Shown: positions 1-9,145 of the stretch, piece by piece
How positions within the stretch are numbered: position 1 is the stretch's first letter
Layout: each line of letters begins with the position of its first letter
From: Candidatus Falkowbacteria bacterium
GTDB lineage: Bacteria; Patescibacteriota; Patescibacteriia; UBA11705; JABHMO01
Direction: 5' to 3'
Assembly: GCA_018674305.1 (NCBI GenBank)
Contig: JABHAL010000004.1
Location: 192,446 to 256,445 of the forward strand
DNA length: 64,000 nucleotides
Notes under the pieces: generated by a model
The model's database searches: none
What the model was told of the DNA's origin: nothing
The model's input: the letters and a program-made list of their open reading frames with translations, nothing else
Made by a program: the position numbers and the translations under genes

Positions 1-129
1 GTCCTGGGTGTTTTCAAATTTTAATTCCATGTTCTGTCCGCAGCAAACTAGTACTCCCTGTGAGCCGTGAACCATGGCAACTATATTTCCGCAGACATTA
101 CATTTGTAGATAGCGTTTAATTGAGGCAT
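1..129 (-). CDS. Desulfoferrodoxin/superoxide reductase, N-terminal desulforedoxin-like domain (5' part only; gene continues past window start)
   Basis: Reverse-strand translation from ATG at 129: MPQLNAIYKCNVCGNIVAMVHGSQGVLVCCGQNMELKFENTQD, matching the Dx-domain motif CxxCG...VCCG. Under 60 aa in window, so absent from the ORF track. Confidence 0.55.
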   Translation of the reverse strand, partial: MPQLNAIYKCNVCGNIVAMVHGSQGVLVCCGQNMELKFENTQD

Positions 130-136
130 ATAAAAA

Positions 137-215
137 TGAGTACTGATTCCTACTGATATACTGATAATATAACTACTACGGTAATCAGTAAATCAGTACA
201 GTCAGTAATCAGTTA
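137..215. repeat. Array of TCAGTA/TACTGA heptamer repeats (both orientations) between dfx start and rbr stop
   Basis: tactgattcctactgatatactgata ... aatcagtaaatcagtacagtcagtaatcag. Same ~30-nt unit (TATCAGTATATCAGTA..ATCAGTAA) recurs at 18351-18386 and 61674-61702. Confidence 0.6.
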
Positions 216-785
216 TTAATAATTTTCTGACTGAACTTGATAATAAGCTCGTGGATGGTCGCAACTTGGGCACATTTCTGGTGCTTCGTTGCCAGTGTGA
301 GTGTAACCGCATTCACGGCAGATCCAAACAGTTTCATTTTGTTTTTTGTGTACCGTACCGGCTTCTACTTCAGCTAATAATTTTTTGTAACGTTCTTCGT
401 GATGTTTTTCTGCGACGGCAATGGAACGAAAACGTTTGGCGATTTTATCCAAACCTTCTTCGTCTGCAGTTTTGGCAAATTCAGGATACATTTCAGTGTG
501 TTCATGATTTTCACCAGCAATGGCAGCTTTCAGGTTTTCAATCGTTGTGCCATAAACCGTTGGCGCTCCAGTTTCAATGATGACTTCCGCCTGTTCGCCT
601 TTGACTTCCTGAATATGTTCAAATAATCTTTTGGCATGAACCTTTTCTTGCTCTGCAGTTTCCATAAAAATGCCAGCTATTTGTTCAAGACCTTCTTTTT
701 TAGCAACCTTGGCATAAAAAGAGTAGCGATTACGCGCTTGTGATTCACCAACAAAAGCCTTGGTGAGATTTTCAAGTGTTTTCAT
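216..785 (-). CDS. rbr: Rubrerythrin
   Basis: 189 aa; N-terminal ferritin-like diiron domain (EQE..H motifs) plus C-terminal rubredoxin-like CxxC..CxxC (CRECGY...CPSCDHP). Confidence 0.9.
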   Translation of the reverse strand: MKTLENLTKAFVGESQARNRYSFYAKVAKKEGLEQIAGIFMETAEQEKVHAKRLFEHIQEVKGEQAEVIIETGAPTVYGTTIENLKAAIAGENHEHTEMYPEFAKTADEEGLDKIAKRFRSIAVAEKHHEERYKKLLAEVEAGTVHKKQNETVWICRECGYTHTGNEAPEMCPSCDHPRAYYQVQSENY

Positions 786-824
786 AAAGTATTCATTTAT
801 TATTTACTATTAATTATTGTTTTT

Positions 825-1202
825 TTACTCACACTCATGACACGGCCCTTCAAAGCTCATATTAATAGTTGAAACCCGGCCAAAAGATTTAACTTTTTGG
901 TTTACGTGATCAGCAATCATGGCTACGGCACCGTCATCAAGAGTAATATCTTTAACTTTACCACATACAGTACAAATAAAATGAAAATGGCGATCAGTTC
1001 TGGTGTGATAATGTTTTTGATTATCAGAATCAATTACTACTTTTAATCTTTCCTGTTTTTCTAAGTCAGCGAGCTGATCTAAGAAAGCTTGTTTACTCAA
1101 ATCAGGAGTTTCATTTTTAACTTTTTCAAAAAGTTCGTCTGCCGTGGGATGAGTTTCCGGTAATCGGAAGTATTTAAGAATTTGGTTTTTCATAGGGGAC
1201 AT
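825..1202 (-). CDS. Fur-family transcriptional regulator (PerR-like)
   Basis: 125 aa; HxHxH..CxxC..CxxC Fur-fold motifs (HYHTRTDRHFHFICTVCGK ... CHEC); adjacent to rbr/dfx oxidative-stress genes. Confidence 0.8.
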   Translation of the reverse strand: MSPMKNQILKYFRLPETHPTADELFEKVKNETPDLSKQAFLDQLADLEKQERLKVVIDSDNQKHYHTRTDRHFHFICTVCGKVKDITLDDGAVAMIADHVNQKVKSFGRVSTINMSFEGPCHECE

Positions 1203-1211
1203 AATTATAAA

Positions 1212-2195
1212 TTATTTAATTGAAAGTCCATTTTGGAATTTATTTAAGAATGTTTCACTAACAGTAATCACTTGGCCCCAGTTCCAACCATTTTGGTTCA
1301 TAGTTTCTAAATTTGGGACATGTCGCTTAGTTTTATTCTCCATTAAATATACTTTACCACTCTTAGCTGAACGAATCAAACTGCCAAATTCAAGTTTTAA
1401 TTCCGCTACAGTTGGAGAATAGCCGCTGTCAACCTCTTCTTTATCTAAATAACCATCCTTGTCAGTGTCATTAGAAATTAAACTAGTTTTGTAAATCAGT
1501 TCGAGTGACTTTTTTAATCCGTCTTGATCTCCGTCAGTTGAACCTGAATCCTTGATTTGGGGATTGGTAAAAATAGCTACTGGTGCTCCATTTTTTGTTT
1601 GGCCGTTGGGCAGATAATCATGGATTGCTTCGATTAAAACAGAATAAGAATACGGATAGTTATTGCCATGGCTGGTTCCGGGCTCTTGTGTGATAAAAGT
1701 TTTTGAGTTTTCGTCATAGCCAGAAATTACTATCATGTGATAATTAGATCCACCATTCAAAAAGTTCGGATTTTTTAGTGCTTTTCCGTAGGTTGGTATA
1801 ATTACTGGCCGTTGATTATCAATTTCGTTCTTTATTAATTCGACAGACGGATTATTTACCAACTTTGCTTCCCAGTTTAAATAATTGTTTATTAAAGTAA
1901 CTACCTGTTCGGCGTTTTCGTCCTTGGATTTACCAAAATATTGCTCTTTAATATTTAAAATATTTTGTAATTGATTTTGAGCGTCTGTGGAGGATAATGT
2001 TTTATTATTATAAAAAGCATCGACCATCACGATAGAAGCTTCTTCGCAAGTGTTTTGCCAGGGTTCTGCCCAATTACCCAATGGTGCCTGAGTAGTGAAC
2101 TTCATTTGAATCGTGTAAGCAATAATTGGCAGACTGGTGACAATTAAAAAAACAAGGCAAGCAATTAGTAGCTGTTTTAATTCGATTTTTCCCAT
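1212..2195 (-). CDS. Membrane-anchored protein with C39-like cysteine peptidase domain and C-terminal Ca-binding (dockerin/EF-hand-like) repeats
   Basis: N-terminal TM helix; QNTCEEASIVMVDAFY resembles the Peptidase_C39_2 catalytic Cys region; DGDQDG and DKDGYLDKEE loops near the C-terminus. Confidence 0.45.
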   Translation of the reverse strand: MGKIELKQLLIACLVFLIVTSLPIIAYTIQMKFTTQAPLGNWAEPWQNTCEEASIVMVDAFYNNKTLSSTDAQNQLQNILNIKEQYFGKSKDENAEQVVTLINNYLNWEAKLVNNPSVELIKNEIDNQRPVIIPTYGKALKNPNFLNGGSNYHMIVISGYDENSKTFITQEPGTSHGNNYPYSYSVLIEAIHDYLPNGQTKNGAPVAIFTNPQIKDSGSTDGDQDGLKKSLELIYKTSLISNDTDKDGYLDKEEVDSGYSPTVAELKLEFGSLIRSAKSGKVYLMENKTKRHVPNLETMNQNGWNWGQVITVSETFLNKFQNGLSIK

Positions 2196-2221
2196 ATGGT
2201 TTATTATATCATAAATTCAAA

Positions 2222-2255
2222 AAGCTCTGATTTCGACAATCAGAGCTTTTTTATT
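2222..2255. terminator. Bidirectional rho-independent terminator hairpin
   Basis: aaaaagctctgatttcgacaatcagagcttttttatt: 9-bp stem flanked by an A-run and a T-run. Confidence 0.6.
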
Positions 2256-2267
2256 TCCACCCCCTTC

Positions 2268-2338
2268 CGTGTCATTCCGGGCTTGACCCGGAATCTGTGA
2301 AGTTGAGGAGATCCCGGATCGTAGTCCGGGATGACTTT
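2268..2338. repeat. REP-like double-hairpin intergenic repeat, copy 1
   Basis: gtcattccgggcttgacccggaatc ... gatcccggatcgtagtccgggatgac. Related pair of hairpins at 16815-16898. Confidence 0.6.
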
Positions 2339-2354
2339 GGGGATAGTGGGGTAT

Positions 2355-3008
2355 TTATTTTTTCAGAATAAAGAAATTGTGAGCAGAGTTGGGGTTTAGT
2401 TCCTTGATAAGTTTTAGTTTGTTTTTTTTGAACAGTTTAACTAAATCTTTTCGATCTCTACGGATTCTACGAATTCCTGGTTGATTATTTTTGGGTAGTA
2501 GCCAGTTTGGTAATCTATTTTTTAATTTATAACGCCAATTGGTTCGTCGAGTATCAAAGTGCAGGTAGGCAATTCCCTTTTTGTTTAAGCAATCGGCTAT
2601 TTGTTGAATGGAGCTTTCAATAATGTGATAGTCTTTAATATGTTGAAAGGTTAAAATTGAATAAACTAGGTCGAATTTATGTTGATGCCAGTTTTCGGTA
2701 ATTGAATAAGACTCAATGTTGTTTTTGTTTTGTTTAAGTGCCTGCTGGGCTAGTAGTTTTAGCATTTCTGAGGAAATATCAACACCAATAGCTTGTTCAA
2801 AGTTATTGGCCATTGGTAATAAAACACGACCTACACCACAACCAAATTCCAAAACAAATCTCTTTTGTTGTAGGTTACTGCCAACATATTCCATGATTAA
2901 TGAAGATTGTTTTATTCCGTTTTGCCAAAACCTAGGCTCGCTACCCTTATAGTTGGTATCGATATAATAATAGGGATTAGTTTTGGCAAATGTATTCCAA
3001 ATGGTCAT
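2355..3008 (-). CDS. Class I SAM-dependent methyltransferase
   Basis: 217 aa; motif I VLEFGCGVGRVLL, post-I acidic residue GVDIS. Confidence 0.8.
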   Translation of the reverse strand: MTIWNTFAKTNPYYYIDTNYKGSEPRFWQNGIKQSSLIMEYVGSNLQQKRFVLEFGCGVGRVLLPMANNFEQAIGVDISSEMLKLLAQQALKQNKNNIESYSITENWHQHKFDLVYSILTFQHIKDYHIIESSIQQIADCLNKKGIAYLHFDTRRTNWRYKLKNRLPNWLLPKNNQPGIRRIRRDRKDLVKLFKKNKLKLIKELNPNSAHNFFILKK

Positions 3009-3624
3009 ATGACTTTAGAGGGTGAAATAAGGCGAAATAGGATAACATGGGTTAGGTTTTTGATTATTATAGTTTAGCTTGATTTATTTAAAATTGAAAG
3101 AACGGCAATGTATGAATTGCCGTTCTTGTGAGTCTAGCGCAAGAGTTCGCGCCCTAATGTAAGATTTTATGGCGGCTTGCGCTAAGAGTAGCGCCCCTTG
3201 TGTTGTGGCTTTGAAGATAGCTGATAGAAGATACTATCCTCGAAAAGCACAATACGCTTTGAGACGTTGGAGAAACATCTGTTAACCCTTCTTTGGAGAG
3301 AGCCTTTTACGGATCTCCTGTTTTAATTTTGTTTTTGTTTTTTTGGGTGGTAGTCCTAAGACTTTATGGGACGGATTTTGAAAAAGAAAAGTAGATAGAT
3401 GTTGTAGAGTGAATTTCCCAAATTGTGGATTTGAGTTAAATTGTGGGGAAAGAGCGAATGAACATTTTGTAAGAATTGATACGTTGACCTTTCCTTACAT
3501 TCATATTATATCATTATGAAAAAGCATGGTCAAGAGACACTGCCCATTTTCCTCTAATTAAAGCGCATTATACTAAAATTAAAGAAAAAACACACTTTTA
3601 CTGTATAAAATATGTGTTCAGTGC

Positions 3625-3661
3625 TGTGGATAACTTTGTGGATTTCTCTGGGTTATCCACA
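3625..3661. promoter_or_regulatory. Inverted pair of perfect DnaA boxes (TGTGGATAA ... TTATCCACA) with a degenerate box between
   Basis: 3625-3633 TGTGGATAA; 3653-3661 TTATCCACA; 3637-3645 TGTGGATTT (2 mismatches). Two further degenerate boxes at ~3424 and ~3446; AT-rich tract at 3540-3620. Confidence 0.45.
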
Positions 3662-3673
3662 TGGTTGTATACA

Positions 3674-4924
3674 CTAGTCTATACAAATAGTTGTTCGATT
3701 AAAGGATTTGTTCGCAACGGTTATTTGTTTCAGTTGGTTTAATGAAGGGAACTGTTTTGGATTAATCATGATATAGGATTTATTTCCAAACTTTGAACAT
3801 TTTTTGAGTAGAGGCCCTATTTCAACTTGCTCTGATTGTGTTGGTTCTTCAATCCCATTTTGAAAAATGATGATTAGCTTATTATCATTGGCGTCAATTT
3901 TTAATTTAAATGGCTGATTTTGTTTGTTTATACGAAATGTCTGTGTAGTATCAATTTGTTCACTTTGTTCACTTTGTTCATCCTGCTCAAACTGCCAATA
4001 ATTTGGATCAGCTATGAATTGAGTTGCAACAGACCAGTCTGGTAAAGTTTTGGTTACTTTACTTGGATAGATAAAGGCCAGGATTTGTGAAATTTGCTTT
4101 TGGAGCTCACTTAGGTCATTTTTTTGACTATCTATAGTGAGAACATTCATTCCGGGTTGGTTTTCTAGAACAAATGGACCAGAAATGTTTTTCAAGATAT
4201 GAAACATAATGTTCTCTGGTTTGAATTCAGCGTTTTGGTCTAGGTTTTTAAGCTCAATGCCGTTAATTATAGAGATATAATCCTTTGGGACTGATAAGAT
4301 AGGAACAATTTTATGATTTTTGGTGATTATATTGTCATTTACTGTCAACGTTACTAAGTTATTTTTATTTTTACCTTGAATTAAAAGTGGTTGATTTGTT
4401 TCAGCATCAAAAGTGAATGGAATGTTTAGCAAACTGAGTTTTTTGAGGTAGATGTAAAATGAATTAAAGTAAAATTTAGGTTTTATTTGATTGAACCACT
4501 CTGTTTTTTCTAAGTTTAGTTGATCAATGTTTAATTCAGGAATATATATATGTTTGTCTTGCTGTAAATAACGAACGTTTGATTGATTCAGATAGTCTGT
4601 TAAATCTTCGTTTTCCTTAGTTAAAGCAAAAATCTGACCATTAATAGTGAAGAAACTGATTTGTTTAGAGCTTTTAGTTAGAATGTTCTTCCAAGTATCA
4701 GAAGCCAGACCACTTCGGTCAGTTAACCAATTAAAAAAATAGTCCTTTTTAGCCGTTTCGAGGTTGTTAATGATTTGTGTTTGGGAATTAAAATAAATCT
4801 CCGCAGACTGTGGAGTAAATTTTACTAAGTAATCGTGATTTTGGCTAAATAAAAACAACCAGCAGCCAATGAAAATTAAAACTGCTAGAATGAATGTCCA
4901 AAATTTAAACCAAAAGTTACGCAT
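3674..4924 (-). CDS. Hypothetical membrane-anchored protein
   Basis: 416 aa; single N-terminal TM helix; no recognisable domain; internal EQSEQSEQ repeat coded by a tandem DNA repeat. Confidence 0.5.
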   Translation of the reverse strand: MRNFWFKFWTFILAVLIFIGCWLFLFSQNHDYLVKFTPQSAEIYFNSQTQIINNLETAKKDYFFNWLTDRSGLASDTWKNILTKSSKQISFFTINGQIFALTKENEDLTDYLNQSNVRYLQQDKHIYIPELNIDQLNLEKTEWFNQIKPKFYFNSFYIYLKKLSLLNIPFTFDAETNQPLLIQGKNKNNLVTLTVNDNIITKNHKIVPILSVPKDYISIINGIELKNLDQNAEFKPENIMFHILKNISGPFVLENQPGMNVLTIDSQKNDLSELQKQISQILAFIYPSKVTKTLPDWSVATQFIADPNYWQFEQDEQSEQSEQIDTTQTFRINKQNQPFKLKIDANDNKLIIIFQNGIEEPTQSEQVEIGPLLKKCSKFGNKSYIMINPKQFPSLNQLKQITVANKSFNRTTICID

Positions 4925-4996
4925 ATAAAGTTATTTTACCTTTTTTTTAATAAAAAATCCAATTAGAAAGATTATTAACTGGATTTTTGTATTGTT

Positions 4997-6256
4997 TTAT
5001 TGTAGTTTTTCAAAAATCTTTAGTTTTCGAGCTTTTCGTAGAACTTTAAGAAATCGGGATTGCAGCTGTTCGTTGGCCAAAAGGAATTTAGCAGGACTCA
5101 GAGTAAAAATGACGCCAACTAAATTACGCAACATTTCATTTGTCCATAAACTGTAATTATCAAAGATATAATTTCGTAGTTTGCCTTTTTCAATAGCATT
5201 CAAAACACAACGTTCAAAAGTATCTTCAGGAACAAAAGCAGTTTTGTCTCTCCGTTTGATTTCAATTGCTTTAACGGCACAAAAGCGATGACAAACTCCA
5301 CAACCCAGGCAAACCTTTTTGTCAACAATTGCTTTCTTGTTTTTTAATTTGATAGCATCAACGGGACATTTTTTTACGCAAATACCACAGCCAGTACATT
5401 GTTTAGAATTGATAATGGCCATAAAGCTACTACTTAGCTTGTCATAAAAACCTAGTTCTTTATAAGCTAGTATGGCCTCACAACAACAGCCACAACAATT
5501 ACAAATCCAGCCAACCCCCTTTTGTGTATTGTCGCCAATTTGTACTAAACCGTGATCAATACATCTTTGCAGTATTTTATGAGCTTCGGGTTTAGAAATT
5601 TTTTTAGCAATGCCATGTTTAGTTAAAGTTTTGGCCGCACTATTAAATGTTAAACAAACATCTTGTGGTTGGTCGCAGGCTTTACCGACATGCTCCATTT
5701 TGTGTCGACAGTAGCAAGTTCCGACGGCACAAGCTGTAGAAGTTTTAATAACCTCGGTGGCTCTTTCATAGCTCAAAATTTCTGACTGTGGAGCTATGGA
5801 TTTTTCATGTACAAAAGTTCGAGCCATTGCTGGGTTTTGGTTCATGGTTCGTGCCACAAAATCATCTTCTTCGTTGATGTATTGATAATAAAGTTCTGAT
5901 AAGACTTTACGATTGAATTTTCCGTCTGTCCTCATTAAAGAAAATTCAAAAAATCCAGCCATAGTTGGTGCCATGACGTAACGTTGAACTTTTCCATCAT
6001 CTAAGTCAAATAAAATACCTTTATCAGCCAAATCGTTCAAGGTTTTTTGAGTTTCAGCTTCAGAAGTTTTCCAACGCTTGGCCGCGGTTTTAACTGTAAA
6101 CGGTTTAATCGGAAGGAGAGCTGTTTTTCCTGCTTCTTCTTCAGTAAATAATATTTTTAAAATGTTAAATAAAGCCTCAGATTCTGGCGCACCTTGAGCA
6201 CTCATGTCTAGACGTTTTTGTAGTTGCAAATATTTTCTTGGTGTGATGTGACCCAT
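4997..6256 (-). CDS. Fe-S cluster-binding protein (two 4Fe-4S ferredoxin motifs plus extra Cys-rich clusters)
   Basis: 419 aa; CTGCGICVKKCP and CLGCGVCHRFC ferredoxin motifs; additional CAVGTCYC and WICNCCGCCCE Cys clusters. Confidence 0.6.
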   Translation of the reverse strand: MGHITPRKYLQLQKRLDMSAQGAPESEALFNILKILFTEEEAGKTALLPIKPFTVKTAAKRWKTSEAETQKTLNDLADKGILFDLDDGKVQRYVMAPTMAGFFEFSLMRTDGKFNRKVLSELYYQYINEEDDFVARTMNQNPAMARTFVHEKSIAPQSEILSYERATEVIKTSTACAVGTCYCRHKMEHVGKACDQPQDVCLTFNSAAKTLTKHGIAKKISKPEAHKILQRCIDHGLVQIGDNTQKGVGWICNCCGCCCEAILAYKELGFYDKLSSSFMAIINSKQCTGCGICVKKCPVDAIKLKNKKAIVDKKVCLGCGVCHRFCAVKAIEIKRRDKTAFVPEDTFERCVLNAIEKGKLRNYIFDNYSLWTNEMLRNLVGVIFTLSPAKFLLANEQLQSRFLKVLRKARKLKIFEKLQ

Positions 6257-6431
6257 AGTTGTTGGTAATTGGTAACTAGTAAATTGTAATTAGTAATTAC
6301 TTCGGTATAACTCATAATCATACTCCATATTCCATAATACTTGATACTTAATCCACATAAACGCATTGTAGAGGATTTTTAGAAGCTTGTAAATAATATT
6401 TTTCTAAAATTAAACAAAATAGACCTAGGGA

Positions 6432-6460
6432 TTGACATTTAGATTTTTGTATGATATAGT
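6432..6460 (+). promoter_or_regulatory. Sigma70-type promoter TTGACA-N17-TATAGT
   Basis: ttgaca 6432-6437, tatagt 6455-6460, upstream of the 6514 gene. Confidence 0.5.
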
Positions 6461-6513
6461 AAATTGTTCTGATTTGAATTAATTTTCCAATAACAATTAA
6501 GAGGGAGTAAGAG

Positions 6514-6795
6514 ATGAAATACTACTTTCAAAGATGGCTTCGCGTTTTGGCGTGCTGGTTGATTCGTAAGACGGATGAGCCGGAAGTTCCGCACGCGCGT
6601 TTTTACTGCGGACATTGCAATTCTCAGCTTTCCATTTTGCAGAATCCGCTCGCCTGGAAATCTCCCGGCGCACAGTGCGATAGTTGTAATGCTATTATTT
6701 CCGATAAGAATATTCGGGTGCAACTGGTTCATTCCGGTGATAACTGGTTCGTTGGCAAAGACCATGCTTACCGGCTGGGTTGGTGGTTGTCGTAA
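6514..6795 (+). CDS. Small zinc-ribbon protein, hypothetical
   Basis: 93 aa; RBS GAGGGAG 7 nt upstream; CGHC..x..CDSC; locally GC-richer than flanks by eye; followed by a terminator. Confidence 0.55.
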   Translation: MKYYFQRWLRVLACWLIRKTDEPEVPHARFYCGHCNSQLSILQNPLAWKSPGAQCDSCNAIISDKNIRVQLVHSGDNWFVGKDHAYRLGWWLS

Positions 6796-6816
6796 TCAAA
6801 CAAAGTTCAACAAAAA

Positions 6817-6850
6817 AGAGCACTCGCAAGTGAGCGCTCTTTTTCTTTTT
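6817..6850 (+). terminator. Rho-independent terminator
   Basis: agagcactcgcaagtgagcgctct followed by ttttcttttt. Confidence 0.6.
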
Positions 6851-6868
6851 ATCAATTGACTACGTAAT

Positions 6869-9037
6869 TTATATTTGCTTGATTGACAACCCAATTTTAC
6901 CACTGGCTGAATCAATCTTAATTACTTTTACTTGAACTTCCTGTCCTTCTTTCAAGTATTTATTCACATCAGCAACTCTTTCTTTGTTTGTAATTTCAGA
7001 GATATGGCACATACCTTCAGTGCCAGGAAATATTTCAATGAAAGCACCAAAGTCCATGATCTTGATTACTTTTCCAGTATATATTTTGTTAAGTTCTGCT
7101 TCCTGAACAAGCGCTTCAATCATTTCTCTGGCTTTTCTCATGCCTTCTGCGCCAACGGAAGTAACAAATACACTACCATCTTCTTCGATGTCAATTTGTA
7201 CACCAGTTTCTTCGATGATTTTGTTAATCACCTTTCCGCCAGGGCCAATGACCATACGAATTTTATCTGGATGAATTTTTATTGTTTCAATTCTTGGAGC
7301 AAGTTCAGCTAAATCATTTCTTGGTTCTGGAAGTACCTTAGTAATTACATCTAAAATTTCGTTTAATGCTTGTCTTCCTTGAGACAAAGCATTTTTAATT
7401 ATTTCTAGAGTTATACCATTGGTCTTGGTATCCATTTGAATAGCAGTTAGTCCATCATAAGTGCCGGTCATTTTGAAATCCATTCCTCCATCACCGTCTT
7501 CTAAGTCTTGGATATCAGTAATGATTTTAACTTCTTTGTATTTATCAGAAGAAGCTAATCCCATGGCAATTCCAGCTACCGGTTTCTTAAGTGGTACACC
7601 AGCATCCATTAAAGCTAAGGTTGACCCACAGGTTGCTCCCATTGAGCTTGAACCATTTGAACCAAGAACTTCAGAAACAACTCGGATTGTATATGGGAAA
7701 TCTTCTTTTGATGGTAACATTGGTTGGATGGCTTTTTCAGCTAAAGCACCATGGCCAATATCTCTTCGACTGGCGCCTCTCATGAAAGAGGCTTCGCCAA
7801 CAGAAAATGGTGGAAAGTTATAGTGGTGTAAGTACCTTTTTTTACCAACTGTTTCCATTTCGTCAATGACTTGTTCGTCGCCAGGTGATCCTAGTGTAAC
7901 CACTGATAAAACCTGAGTTTCTCCACGGTTAAATAAGCCTGTTCCGTGAACTCTTGGCACCAAGCCTACTTGGCCACTCAACTCGCGAATTTCAGTTAGT
8001 TTTCGGCCGTCAACACGTTGTTCTCGCTCAATCAAAGCTTTGGTGATTTCTTCATCGACAAACTTATCAAAAAAACCAGTGACCTTTTTACGTCTTTCTT
8101 TTCCAACTTGTTTTTCTAATAGATATTCTTCCAAAAGATCCTTAACTTTATGTAGAGTTTTCTTTCTTTCGCCTTTACTTCCCTTGGGAATGTTAAATAG
8201 ATATTTTTCAAGTTCCTTGGCTGCGATTTTTTTGCATTCTTCTTGTAGTTTCTCTAATTCATCTAAACTCATTTTTTGGTTTTCATCTAAATCCTCTAGA
8301 TCAGCATCTACTATTGGAATTTCTGTTTTTTCTTTTCCAACCTTTTTTCGAATGTCTTCAATAAATTCAACTATTTTTTTCCCATGTGTTAGGCCAACTT
8401 CAAAAGCTTCAAAATAAGTTTTTTCATCAACATCATTAGCGTTTGATTCAACCATAACTACTTTATCTGCAGTTACAGACAGAGTTAAATCGATTGCAGA
8501 TTTTTCTCTTTCTTCGTAAGTCGGATTAATTACCCATTCATTATCGACTTGGCCAACTCTAACACCCGCAATTGGTTGTTTCATTGGAATGTCAGAAATG
8601 TGCAGGGCAATTGAGCTAGCGATGATAGCAACCACGTCTGGGTCATTTTTTTCATCAATAGCTAAAACACTCGTGATGACTTGGATTGTTCGACGAATTG
8701 ATTGATCAAATAGTGGTCTTAGCCCGCGATCAATCATTCGACCTGCCAAAACGGCTTCATCACTTGGTCTGGTTTCTCTTTTGATAAAACGAGAACCTTT
8801 GATTCGACCGGCTGCATACATTTTTTCAGAATATTCAACCATCAAAGGGAAATAGTTAGCCCCTTCATTAGTTTCACTATTCATGACCGCAGTGGCCAGG
8901 ATAACTGTGTCGCCGTACTGAACGCGACAGCTTCCATTTGCTTGAAGTGCTAAGTCACCGGTTGTAACAATTAGTTTTTTTCCGGCGAACTCAGTTTCAA
9001 AAGTTTGAACTTTGTTCATAGATTTGTGGTTGATCAT
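6869..9037 (-). CDS. pnp: Polynucleotide phosphorylase
   Basis: 722 aa; two RNase PH domains, then KH and S1 domains at the C-terminus; sits downstream of rpsO (conserved rpsO-pnp operon). Confidence 0.95.
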   Translation of the reverse strand: MINHKSMNKVQTFETEFAGKKLIVTTGDLALQANGSCRVQYGDTVILATAVMNSETNEGANYFPLMVEYSEKMYAAGRIKGSRFIKRETRPSDEAVLAGRMIDRGLRPLFDQSIRRTIQVITSVLAIDEKNDPDVVAIIASSIALHISDIPMKQPIAGVRVGQVDNEWVINPTYEEREKSAIDLTLSVTADKVVMVESNANDVDEKTYFEAFEVGLTHGKKIVEFIEDIRKKVGKEKTEIPIVDADLEDLDENQKMSLDELEKLQEECKKIAAKELEKYLFNIPKGSKGERKKTLHKVKDLLEEYLLEKQVGKERRKKVTGFFDKFVDEEITKALIEREQRVDGRKLTEIRELSGQVGLVPRVHGTGLFNRGETQVLSVVTLGSPGDEQVIDEMETVGKKRYLHHYNFPPFSVGEASFMRGASRRDIGHGALAEKAIQPMLPSKEDFPYTIRVVSEVLGSNGSSSMGATCGSTLALMDAGVPLKKPVAGIAMGLASSDKYKEVKIITDIQDLEDGDGGMDFKMTGTYDGLTAIQMDTKTNGITLEIIKNALSQGRQALNEILDVITKVLPEPRNDLAELAPRIETIKIHPDKIRMVIGPGGKVINKIIEETGVQIDIEEDGSVFVTSVGAEGMRKAREMIEALVQEAELNKIYTGKVIKIMDFGAFIEIFPGTEGMCHISEITNKERVADVNKYLKEGQEVQVKVIKIDSASGKIGLSIKQI

Positions 9038-9110
9038 CAGATTTTAGATCTCCATTATTTGTTGGAAATCTTCGTATCTAATGATCAACAAGTTATTTAA
9101 TAAAGTAAAT

Positions 9111-9136
9111 GCGGCCCTTGGTAAACCTAGGGCCGC
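9111..9136 (-). promoter_or_regulatory. Stable hairpin in the rpsO-pnp intergenic region (rpsO terminator / pnp leader)
   Basis: gcggccc ttggtaaaccta gggccgc, a perfect 7-bp GC stem. Confidence 0.5.
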
Positions 9137-9145
9137 AAACTATAA

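Noticed and set aside
3096-3130. Hairpin gaaagaacggcaatgtatgaattgccgttcttg as a terminator
   Set aside because: No T-run follows on either strand in the right position, and no gene ends nearby; it may be a structural element of the putative origin region.
6439-6859. ORFs 6439..6765 (-) and 6575..6859 (+)
   Set aside because: They overlap the better-supported 6514..6795 gene (which has an RBS, promoter, terminator and zinc-ribbon motifs) in other frames or strands.
6932-8417. Antisense ORFs inside pnp (6932..7312, 7461..7823, 7591..7785, 8040..8417)
   Set aside because: They lie opposite a high-confidence conserved gene and are low-complexity. The same reasoning applies to antisense ORFs inside hppA, groEL, nusA, recA, ftsK, pilB, VanW and rny.
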